Below, piece by piece: positions 20,392 through 27,853 of a stretch of 64,000 bases of DNA. Origin of the DNA: an uncultured Chloroflexia bacterium (GTDB lineage: Bacteria > Chloroflexota > Limnocylindria > Limnocylindrales > CSP1-4); NCBI GenBank assembly GCA_963707215.1, contig CAVPPB010000003.1:160001-224000 (forward strand), written 5' to 3'. Every line of letters begins with the position of its first letter. Position 1 is the stretch's first letter. Made by a program: the position numbers and the translations under genes. Under the pieces are notes generated by a model. It had not been told where the DNA came from. It worked only from the letters and a program-made list of their open reading frames with translations, and did not search any database.

Positions 20392-20991
20392 TCAGTCGCT
20401 CGAGCAGTGGATCCTTCGCTGCCACGCGCGCTCCCGTCGCTCGTGCTCAGCGTGTTCTGCGGCCGGGGTGTAGACGCGCACCTCGACGGTCGGGCCGACG
20501 AGGACGGAGAGCGCCGTCCGTGTCCGCCGCGACTCGCTGATCCACAGGACCACGCCGACCGTCGGACGCGGGTCGGATCGCCGGACGCGCTCGGCATCGG
20601 ACTCGATCAGGTATCCGGCTTGTTTCACTCCGTCCGCGCTCGTGACGACGATGCCGTCGGGGTCCTCGACCAGGACGATCCGCCGCCCGAGCGCGAACGC
20701 GTCGGCCTGCGCGTCGGGGAGGAGGTCGGTCACCCGTAGCAACTTGGCCCCGGCGGCGAGGAACTCGTCGGGGTAGCCACGGTCGCCCCACGTGAGCATC
20801 TTCCCGTCCGTAGGGTCTGAGAGCGTCACGCCAGAGGTTCGCTCTCGCCCTTCGCTGTAGTTCCAGAAGAGGTGCGCCGGCATGGTCACCGACCCGACGG
20901 TCACCTCGGCGAGCTGATCGTCTCGTCCGGTCGCGCCCTGCTCGAACGGGACCGTGGTGCTACCTCCGAAGAGGTTGCGAAGGAAGCCCAT
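20392..20991 (-). CDS. Hypothetical protein (array unit 1, 199 aa)
   Basis: GGAGGA RBS before ATG; MGFLRNLFGG N-terminus. Confidence 0.7.
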   Translation of the reverse strand: MGFLRNLFGGSTTVPFEQGATGRDDQLAEVTVGSVTMPAHLFWNYSEGRERTSGVTLSDPTDGKMLTWGDRGYPDEFLAAGAKLLRVTDLLPDAQADAFALGRRIVLVEDPDGIVVTSADGVKQAGYLIESDAERVRRSDPRPTVGVVLWISESRRTRTALSVLVGPTVEVRVYTPAAEHAEHERRERAWQRRIHCSSD

Positions 20992-21056
20992 CTTCCATGT
21001 CCTCCGGCTGGACCTCGGACCAGCGTACTGCGCCCGCCGGGGATGAGGACCGAAAC

Positions 21057-21088
21057 GGCCCCCGTCGCCCGGCCGTGGGCTGGTCGCC
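21057..21088 (+). repeat. Array repeat R1
   Basis: GGCCCCCGTCGCCCGGCCGTGGGCTGGTCGCC. Confidence 0.95.
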
Positions 21089-21164
21089 TCCCCCTGGGCG
21101 AGAACGCGCCGACGGGCCGAGGAACGGATCTGCAACGCCCTCCCATCTCAGGCGTCACCTATGC

Positions 21165-21560
21165 ATGGTCGAGAGTCTCCGCGCTCAGCTCCGACGGCAC
21201 ATCTACGTCACTGCCGCGCTCATCGGGCCGCCCGCGATCTTCATCGGGTTCCTGGCCGCCATCCTCGGCTGGGCGTTGTTCCCCGACGTGGGCTGGGTCC
21301 GCCTCGACGAGGATGGAGACGAGATCCCCCTACTCCACATCGCGATCTTCTCGGTCGTCTGGATCTTCGCCCTTTACCTGCTGAGCGCCGCGGTTCTCGG
21401 GAAGCGCATCAGCCTGATGGTCAGCGAGGAGCACCGGGCCTACGCCCCGCCAGGGTCCTTCCCCCGACGGCCGCGGGGCAACGGCTACTGGATGGTCGCG
21501 GCCGGCTCGGGCATCGCCGTGTTCTTCATCGTGGCTGCGGCCATGGGATGGCTCACCTAG
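21165..21560 (+). CDS. Hypothetical membrane protein, ~3 TM (array unit 2)
   Basis: Three hydrophobic segments; stop codon 6 nt before R2. Confidence 0.7.
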   Translation: MVESLRAQLRRHIYVTAALIGPPAIFIGFLAAILGWALFPDVGWVRLDEDGDEIPLLHIAIFSVVWIFALYLLSAAVLGKRISLMVSEEHRAYAPPGSFPRRPRGNGYWMVAAGSGIAVFFIVAAAMGWLT

Positions 21561-21566
21561 CAGGCC

Positions 21567-21598
21567 GGCCCCCGTCGCCCGGCCGTGGGCTGGTCGCC
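21567..21598 (+). repeat. Array repeat R2
   Basis: Identical 32-mer to R1; similarity continues about 30 bp downstream. Confidence 0.95.
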
Positions 21599-21706
21599 TT
21601 CCCCCTGAGCGGCGAGATCGCGCCGGCCGGCCCGGAGCGGGCGATCTCCGCCGGCTCCGCGGACTACGCCGACTGGCTCGCCTGTCCGGAGTGCGTCACC
21701 TACCGC

Positions 21707-22240
21707 TCAACACTTGGTTTCCTGGTTGGCATGCAGCCGCAGCCGCGCCCGTCTGCTCGCCGCGTACGCGGTCAGGGCGACGAACGCAAGGAGGCACGCG
21801 ACCGCGTACATCAACCCCTGCGCCGCGGGCGTCTCCGGCGCGACCGCCGTGTCCGGGAGTGCGGACACCGTGACGTCCACGGCGCCGGCGCAATCGGCTC
21901 CCGGGACGCTCGCCGTCACCGTCCAAGCGCCCTCCTGGTTCCCCCAAAAAGCATGCACGAAGAGGAAGTCTCCCGCCGCGTCCGCGATCCCCGGCGAGAA
22001 GTCGCCGAACGGGACTCCGTTCCACGTGAAGGTCAGGTCGATCTGCGCGCCGGGCACGAACGAGCCCCAGAACGTGATCTCTTCTAGCTCCACAGTAATG
22101 CTCGTGCTGCCCTCGTCGCCGGGGGCCGGGTCGATCGCAGCGCGGAGCACGCAGTCGCCCGGTGCCGCGGCGACGGGCGGCGCGGCCGCGAGCGTGACCG
22201 CAAGGAGTACAGCGGCAAACGAAACCGAGATGCACCGCAC
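21707..22240 (-). CDS. Secreted protein with LPxTA-type C-terminal sorting signal (array unit 3)
   Basis: Signal peptide FAAVLLAVTLAAA; LPDTA + TM + RRARLR tail; GGGAGG RBS before GTG. Confidence 0.7.
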   Translation of the reverse strand: MRCISVSFAAVLLAVTLAAAPPVAAAPGDCVLRAAIDPAPGDEGSTSITVELEEITFWGSFVPGAQIDLTFTWNGVPFGDFSPGIADAAGDFLFVHAFWGNQEGAWTVTASVPGADCAGAVDVTVSALPDTAVAPETPAAQGLMYAVACLLAFVALTAYAASRRARLRLHANQETKC

Positions 22241-22398
22241 AGCAGGACCCTCCCGGGACGCCGCATGCGGGTCGGGTCCGCCAGTGGCTCGACACGGTCC
22301 TAGGCAGCCAGGGTTGGGACCGGGTCTCATCGCCCCCCGCGATGGCGCGGACGATGCGGCCGGCTGCACCGGCAGTCAAGATGCGTCGGTCATCGAAC

Positions 22399-22430
22399 GG
22401 CCCCCGTCGCCCGGCCGCGGGCTGGTCGCC
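22399..22430 (+). repeat. Array repeat R3
   Basis: 31/32 identical to R1. Confidence 0.95.
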
Positions 22431-22475
22431 TTTCCCGCTGCAACGCCTCGCTGCCTGTGACGTCAACCTCTTGAG

Positions 22476-22910
22476 ATGAGATCGCAGGGGATCGGCCCGC
22501 TCACGGACAGCGGTGACGGCGACCGCTGGACGACGGCGGTCGGCGCGGCGCGGGCCTTCGTCATCGGTTCGGTCGGGACGGCGGTCGCCGTAGCCGGCTG
22601 GGTGGCGCTCGTCCAGCTTCCAGCCCTCATCGAGAGCCTCGGCGCGCTGGTGTTCTTCGGCCTGCCGCCCCTGCTGGCCGCCATGGTCGGGGCAGCCACC
22701 GCCCGGTGGGGCGACCGGACGATGGAGGCCGCGATCGCCGGTGCCCTCGGCGGCTGGCTCACCTGTGCCGCCCTTCCGCATGCGCTGACCCTCGTCGGTG
22801 GCCGGGTCGATCCGGTCTTCTACCCCTACTGGCTCATGGCCGCCGGCACGGCCGGGCTCCTCGCCTACGGCGTCGGGTTCGCCGCCGGGTGGTGGTTCTC
22901 GGAGCGCTAG
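22476..22910 (+). CDS. Hypothetical membrane protein, ~4 TM (array unit 4)
   Basis: Hydrophobic ORF; stop codon 2 nt before R4. Confidence 0.7.
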   Translation: MRSQGIGPLTDSGDGDRWTTAVGAARAFVIGSVGTAVAVAGWVALVQLPALIESLGALVFFGLPPLLAAMVGAATARWGDRTMEAAIAGALGGWLTCAALPHALTLVGGRVDPVFYPYWLMAAGTAGLLAYGVGFAAGWWFSER

Positions 22911-22912
22911 AC

Positions 22913-22944
22913 GGCCCCCGTCGCCCGGCCGTGGGCTGGTCGCC
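22913..22944 (+). repeat. Array repeat R4
   Basis: Identical 32-mer to R1. Confidence 0.95.
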
Positions 22945-22992
22945 CGTAACGCTTCGCCGCCCATGGCGCCCTGGTCACGGGAGGACCGGCCG

Positions 22993-23265
22993 GTGGAGAG
23001 CCGGAATCTCCTCGTGGCCCTCGGCATCTTGCTCGGGGTCGCGATCGGGGCGTTCGTGATGGCGAACCGGTCACGTTCTCGCAGCCCGGGCAGCAGGGGC
23101 CAGCCTGTTGGAGTCGGCTGCCTCTGGGCCCCGGTCCTCGGAGCTCTGTCGCTCGCCGGCGGCTGCAGCGTCCTGGTCGTCAGCGTTGCTCCCCTCGAGA
23201 TGACGTCACGCCGACGGAGATGCTGCGCTCCCGTCACCCGGAACCCCAGGTCGGGTCGTGGCTAG
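22993..23265 (+). CDS. Small hypothetical membrane protein, 2 TM (array unit 5a)
   Basis: GGAGG RBS, GTG start, LLVALGILLGVAIGAFVM and a second hydrophobic stretch. Confidence 0.5.
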   Translation: MESRNLLVALGILLGVAIGAFVMANRSRSRSPGSRGQPVGVGCLWAPVLGALSLAGGCSVLVVSVAPLEMTSRRRRCCAPVTRNPRSGRG

Positions 23266-24113
23266 CGGGGTGCGACGACCGGCTCGAGCGACTCGAGCAT
23301 CGACTCGATCGAGGCGGCGACCTCGCGATCAGCTTCGTCGACGTAGGCGGTGATGAACAGGATGTCACCGGCGCCGAGCACCGGGTCCGGAACGCCGATG
23401 ACGGCGCACCAGGTCGCCTCGATCCGGCGGGGATCGCTTGGTCGATCGGCTGATCGCCCCGGCTGGCCCGGGGCGGGCTCGATGACCGCGACCCAGCGGG
23501 CGCGGACCGCCGGACCGAATGGCAGCTCGACGCGGTCGGCGACCGACGCTTCCAGGCCGGTCGCCCTGAAGCCGGGGTAGTCGGTCGCGACGGACCCTTC
23601 GGAGTCGAGGTCCTCCTCCACGAGGGCGAGGATCTCCTCGGCCGTCGCCGGCGCTCCCCAGGAACCGACGTTGACCCGGAGCATCGCGTCAACGCGGTCG
23701 TCGGTCGAGGGGAACCAGGCCAGGAACGCGGCCGGGAACGCGTCGCCGGACGTGGAGGCGATCCACAGCTCGTGCGCGGCCGGATGCGGCTGGAGACCGC
23801 CGAAGCCCGGATGCTCCTCGAGCATCCGCAGCATCGCCGCCTCGTATCCGGGACCGCTGCTGGCGCCATGCCAGCCATCGGGCAGGTCCATCCTGAACGG
23901 AAGGCCCGCGAATGGATCCGGTGTCGGCGGGCCGGCCCGGGTCGTCGTGGGGGCCGGCGTCGGTCTCGGCGTCGATCCAGCCGAGGACGTCGCCACCGAT
24001 CCGGACCCGGGTGTCGCTCCTGGCGCAAGCGTGGGGGTGGTCCCGCATCCGGCCACCAGGAGCGAGCCGAGAGCCAGCGGCGGTAGCGATCGCAGGACCC
24101 GCTTCACGACCAT
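23262..24113 (-). CDS. Hypothetical lipoprotein with Pro/Thr-rich linker (array unit 5b)
   Basis: Lipobox LVAG-C after a basic/hydrophobic N-terminus; PTPAPTTT linker. Confidence 0.75.
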   Translation of the reverse strand: MVVKRVLRSLPPLALGSLLVAGCGTTPTLAPGATPGSGSVATSSAGSTPRPTPAPTTTRAGPPTPDPFAGLPFRMDLPDGWHGASSGPGYEAAMLRMLEEHPGFGGLQPHPAAHELWIASTSGDAFPAAFLAWFPSTDDRVDAMLRVNVGSWGAPATAEEILALVEEDLDSEGSVATDYPGFRATGLEASVADRVELPFGPAVRARWVAVIEPAPGQPGRSADRPSDPRRIEATWCAVIGVPDPVLGAGDILFITAYVDEADREVAASIESMLESLEPVVAPR

Positions 24114-24187
24114 ATCAGTGCCCCCGCGCTATGGCGGTCAGGGTGCCGGTCGTGGAACGGACGGGTCTAGAGGCCGAGGGCCTGAAC

Positions 24188-24219
24188 GGACGCGGGGCCA
24201 CGGCAGCGGGCTGACCGCC
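24188..24219 (+). repeat. Degenerate copy of the array repeat
   Basis: 22/32 identical to R3 without gaps; same GAAC before and TTCCCG after. Confidence 0.6.
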
Positions 24220-24323
24220 TTCCCGTCCAGATCCCTGCTGCGACATGTACTACGACAGCCTCTGCGGGGCTACGATGGCCCCGACGCGCGGCGACCCCTC
24301 GGTAGGCACCTGGAGGGCGAACG

Positions 24324-25691
24324 ATGGCAGCGAACCGCTCCGCTCAGGAGCGCCCGGAGGCGCGCTGGCAACGGGCGAGGCTCATCCCGGCGGTCGGCAT
24401 CAAGGGCGATGTCGAGCAGGAGCTGCGTGCGACCTCGGCACTCCTGGCCGTGATGGTCGCGGTGCCGGACTTCGGACGTGAGATCGTGGCTCGCGTCGGA
24501 GCACCGGGAGGCCGGATCTCCACCTTCACCGAAGTTCGCTTCGATCGCGATGACGGCAAGACACTCCGTCCGGACGGGGCCATCCTCGTTGAGCGGGGCA
24601 GCACCCGGTGGACCTGCCTCGTCGAAGTCAAGACTGGGAAGAACGAGTTGCAGACGGCCCAGATCGAGGCGTATCTCGATCTGGCCCGGGCTCACGCCTT
24701 CGACGCCGTCCTGACGATCTCGAACAGCATCGCCTCCGACTCGACCGAGCTGCCCGTGGCGATCGACCAGCGCCGTGCCCGGGGCTTGAAGATCCGTCAC
24801 CTCTCGTGGTGGCGCATCCTCACCACCGCGATCGTCGAGAAGGAGCACCGCGGGATCGACGACCCCGACCAGGCGTGGATCCTGGGCGAGTTGATCCGCT
24901 ATCTCCAGGACGAACGATCGGGTGCGTCGGGCTTCGAGGAGATGGGGCCCAACTGGGTTGCCATTCGCGACGGAGCCATGCGCCAGACGCTCCGCCAGAG
25001 TGACCCGGCGGTGCGGGACATCGCCGACCGGTGGGAGCAGTTCATCGAGTACGTCAGCCTCGATCTCAGGCAGACGCTGGGACGACCAGTCGTGCCGCTC
25101 TGGGCTCGGAAGAGCACCCGCGCCACGCGACTTCAGGAAGCGACGCGGAGTCTCGTCCAGGACGGCACGCTCAGGGGCTCCATCAAGGTCCCGGACACGG
25201 CGGCCCCGCTGGACTTGGAGGCCAATCTGCGGACGCAGCGCCTGACCACGAGCGCCGAGATCGCGGCACCACGGGAGGGTCGGGCGCAGACGCGCATCAA
25301 CTGGATGCTCCGACAGGCGAAGGAGATGCCCGCCGATCTCCGTGTCGAGGTGCGTTACGTCAATGCGCGAGAGCACCCCGCGATGTTGCTCGGGAGCGCC
25401 ATCGACCGGCCTGAGCGGCTCCTGTATGGACCCGACCCGAAGCGGGAACCTCGGTCCTTCCAGCTGGCCCTGACGAAACCGCTCGGCCGGAAGGGCGGGA
25501 AGGGCTCCGGCTCGTTCCTTGGCGACTCGCGCGAGCAACTCTTGTTGTTCTATCGCGAGGTGCTGCAGCAGGTCCGCGCCTGGCAGCCACCTGCGCCGCG
25601 CCTGCCCGAAGCCGCCAAGGCTCCGGATTCCGCGGACTCGGGTCTTCCGAGCGGGGCACCGACCGACGTGGACCCGCTCGCAGGGGACTAA
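24324..25691 (+). CDS. Putative PD-(D/E)XK nuclease-domain protein (array unit 6, 455 aa)
   Basis: TEV.F...RPDGAI...LVEVKTG...QIEAY restriction-endonuclease-like motif. Confidence 0.7.
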   Translation: MAANRSAQERPEARWQRARLIPAVGIKGDVEQELRATSALLAVMVAVPDFGREIVARVGAPGGRISTFTEVRFDRDDGKTLRPDGAILVERGSTRWTCLVEVKTGKNELQTAQIEAYLDLARAHAFDAVLTISNSIASDSTELPVAIDQRRARGLKIRHLSWWRILTTAIVEKEHRGIDDPDQAWILGELIRYLQDERSGASGFEEMGPNWVAIRDGAMRQTLRQSDPAVRDIADRWEQFIEYVSLDLRQTLGRPVVPLWARKSTRATRLQEATRSLVQDGTLRGSIKVPDTAAPLDLEANLRTQRLTTSAEIAAPREGRAQTRINWMLRQAKEMPADLRVEVRYVNAREHPAMLLGSAIDRPERLLYGPDPKREPRSFQLALTKPLGRKGGKGSGSFLGDSREQLLLFYREVLQQVRAWQPPAPRLPEAAKAPDSADSGLPSGAPTDVDPLAGD

Positions 25692-25700
25692 GTCTTCCGT

Positions 25701-25724
25701 CCCTCCGTCGCCCGGGCCTGGGCT
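25701..25724 (+). repeat. Partial degenerate repeat copy after nuclease stop
   Basis: ccctccgtcgcccgggcctgggct. Confidence 0.45.
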
Positions 25725-25769
25725 CCGACTGGCCCGGGAAGCTGGCGCTCGGCGCATTGAGCCCAAACT

Positions 25770-25802
25770 GGCCCCCGTCGCCCCGGCCGTGGGCTGGTCG
25801 CC
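25770..25802 (+). repeat. Array repeat R5
   Basis: Consensus with one extra C; followed by TCCCCCTGGACGAGATCGC as in R1/R2. Confidence 0.93.
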
Positions 25803-25888
25803 TCCCCCTGGACGAGATCGCTATCCGGCCACGGAGCCGGGGGCGAGCGACACCCTAGGTGGCGCGGCTCACCGCAGACTTACCAGCC

Positions 25889-26113
25889 ATGCGTCGCCGC
25901 GATCTCGAGCGCCTCCTTCTCGCCGGTCGAGCGGCCCACCTCCCCCGGCTCGTCGATGCTGGATACGCCCCAGGAGCCGCCGAGAAGGCGATGGTGGCGT
26001 GGGAGGCCAGGGCCGACGCCGAGGGCCGAGAGCGCGGCGAGGGGGCGTTCTGGGACGGCATCGAGGCGTGGGCAGCGGAGCAGCGGCCCTGGCGGCGGGA
26101 TGTCCCGCATTGA
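25889..26113 (+). CDS. Small hypothetical protein (74 aa)
   Basis: ORF MRRRDLERLLL...FWDGIEAW; CAGACT hexamer 8 nt upstream of ATG. Confidence 0.55.
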   Translation: MRRRDLERLLLAGRAAHLPRLVDAGYAPGAAEKAMVAWEARADAEGRERGEGAFWDGIEAWAAEQRPWRRDVPH

Positions 26114-26145
26114 CGGCCGCGCCCGACCGGTCCTAGCGTGCAACC

Positions 26146-26280
26146 GTGACCACTCGGCGGAAGACACTCACGGTCCTGCTCGTCGCCCTGCTGGTGGTCG
26201 TTGCCGCCCTCGCGCTGTACGTCGGGGTCCAGGTGTGGCAGATCCTCGAGATGCACTCGGGCGGCATCCCGAGGTTGTAG
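26146..26280 (+). CDS. Single-TM micropeptide (44 aa)
   Basis: MTTRRKTLTVLLVALLVVVAALALYVGVQVW...; TAGCGT hexamer 6 nt upstream. Confidence 0.5.
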   Translation: MTTRRKTLTVLLVALLVVVAALALYVGVQVWQILEMHSGGIPRL

Positions 26281-26384
26281 CCGGCTTTGGTGCGGTCCTG
26301 ACCGTCGTCTTGGTCGTCGGCTTCGTCATGGCTGGCGATCCCTTCCCCGTGCCGGACGTCCGGTCGGGGTCAGGGGGTGGGTAG

Positions 26385-26513
26385 ATGAAGCGTTGGCTCG
26401 TGGTGGTCGGGTTGGTCGTGCTTGTAGCCGTGGTCGTGGTCGTGGTTTGGCCTGTCGTGTTTCCGCCAGGCGGGAGGATGGTCGGGTGTGAACTGCTAAC
26501 CGTCTATAGGTAG
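26385..26513 (+). CDS. Single-TM micropeptide (42 aa) ending in the att core
   Basis: MKRWLVVVGLVVLVAVVVVVVWPVVF... Confidence 0.4.
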   Translation: MKRWLVVVGLVVLVAVVVVVVWPVVFPPGGRMVGCELLTVYR

Positions 26514-26519
26514 CCGTAC
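26494..26519. repeat. Right att junction: arm TGCTAACCGT plus 12-bp core
   Basis: Core 26508-26519 identical to 20239-20250; overlaps mltG stop. Confidence 0.85.
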
Positions 26520-27853
26520 TTGCGGAGCTTCTCCTCGTGCTCGGCCAGCGACTTCGAGAAGTCGTGAGCCCCCCCACCGTCGGGGATGGCCACGAAGTAG
26601 ACGTAGCCGTCGTCCTGGTCCGGCGCCAGCGAGGCGTCGATGGAGGCAGCCGTCGGCGACACGATCGGTCCGGGGATGAGCCCGCGGACCCGGTAGGTCT
26701 GGTAGCCGGCCAGCTCGGGAGGGAACTCGACCCCGGCCAGGGGCACGCCGAGGGGCTTCCAGAAGAAGTACTCCTGCCACTGCTCGAACGGCAGCTCGCC
26801 AAGGTTCAGCGTGTCGTTGCCCCAGATCACCGTGGGGTCCGCGTTGAGAAGCGAGCCCGTGTCGAGGCGGTTCTGGTAGACGCCGGCGATGAGCGGGCGC
26901 TCCTCGTCGAGGACCGCCTCTCGCTCCACGATCGAGGCGAGGGTGAGGATCTCGTAGAGGCCGAGGCCGCGCACCTCGGGCACGGCGATCCGATCCGGCC
27001 CGACCTCCTCGTAGAACTCGTCGAGCATCATCCGGACGAGGGCCTCGGCGTCGGTCCGGCCATCGGGATCGGTCCGCAGCCGGTACGTGGACGGGTAGAG
27101 ATAGCCCTCCAGCGTCGCCCCCTCCGGGAGCTCCACCCACGGGTATTCGGCGAGGAGGGCCGGCGGCGGGGCCGTGACGAGGTCGTAGAACGCCTTCGGA
27201 TCGACCCCGGACTCGACCGTCTGGAGCTTGGCCGTCATCTGCTCGAGGCGGATGCCCTCCTTGAAGGTCACATCGGTCGCCGTGACCACGATCCGGTCCT
27301 CCTCGAGCGCGCGCACCACCTCCCGCGGGTCCATGTCCCGGCGGAGGCGGAACGGCCCGGCCTCGAGACGATCGCCCAGCGACGCCTCCCAGGCGGCGTA
27401 ATCGAAGGCCGGCCGCGACAGGATGAGACCGTCCGCGAGCAGCCGGTCACCGACGGTCGTCACCGTGTCGCCGGCTTCGACGACCCAGGCGACCTCGGAC
27501 GGGTCCGACGACGCCGGCGTGGCCAGCTCGTCCGCGAGCGACTCCTCGACGAGCGAGGCGACGAAGGGAAGCCGCCAGGCGCCGGGGTTGTCGATCGCCC
27601 AATCGGCGACGGCCGCGGCGGCGAGGGGCCGGAAGACGGTGACGGCGAGGAACGCCATGACGACGACGATCCCGCCGACGAACAGGAGGAAGCGCAGGAA
27701 GCTCGGCCCGCTACCGCGCCGCGGAGGGCGCCGGCGACCCGGAGCGCCGTTCGGTCGCACCGGCCCGATGCCCGGGTCCACTGTCGGCCCGTTGCCGATC
27801 GGGTGGGCCTGCGACCGACCGCCCCGCGGCGCTCCTCCTCGTCTGACCGTCAT
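26504..27853 (-). CDS. mltG: Endolytic transglycosylase MltG (YceG)
   Basis: TM anchor, LEGYLYPSTY, LTLASIVEREA, IAGVYQNRL, LNADPTV, GLIPGPI. Confidence 0.93.
   Translation of the reverse strand: MTVRRGGAPRGGRSQAHPIGNGPTVDPGIGPVRPNGAPGRRRPPRRGSGPSFLRFLLFVGGIVVVMAFLAVTVFRPLAAAAVADWAIDNPGAWRLPFVASLVEESLADELATPASSDPSEVAWVVEAGDTVTTVGDRLLADGLILSRPAFDYAAWEASLGDRLEAGPFRLRRDMDPREVVRALEEDRIVVTATDVTFKEGIRLEQMTAKLQTVESGVDPKAFYDLVTAPPPALLAEYPWVELPEGATLEGYLYPSTYRLRTDPDGRTDAEALVRMMLDEFYEEVGPDRIAVPEVRGLGLYEILTLASIVEREAVLDEERPLIAGVYQNRLDTGSLLNADPTVIWGNDTLNLGELPFEQWQEYFFWKPLGVPLAGVEFPPELAGYQTYRVRGLIPGPIVSPTAASIDASLAPDQDDGYVYFVAIPDGGGAHDFSKSLAEHEEKLRKYGYL

Larger units (their letters stand above)
20239..26519. 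mobile_element. Site-specifically integrated ~6.3 kb element in the 3' end of mltG carrying a repeat-delimited gene array; no integrase recognised
   Basis: Direct repeat AGGTAGCCGTAC at 20239-20250 and 26508-26519; duplicated YGYL-stop coding end of mltG; inverted 10-mers at the element ends; non-housekeeping cargo in mixed orientation. Confidence 0.85.

Noticed and set aside
21057-25802. 32-bp direct repeats as a CRISPR array
   Set aside because: Intervals are 0.5-1.6 kb or more and contain whole genes; no cas genes.
20338-25846. Canonical integron with attC sites
   Set aside because: No intI seen, no clear RYYYAAC...GTTRRRY pairing, and genes lie on both strands; kept only as an analogy.
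25889-26513. Filamentous phage remnant (small TM peptides)
   Set aside because: No Zot/pI ATPase or Rep gene.
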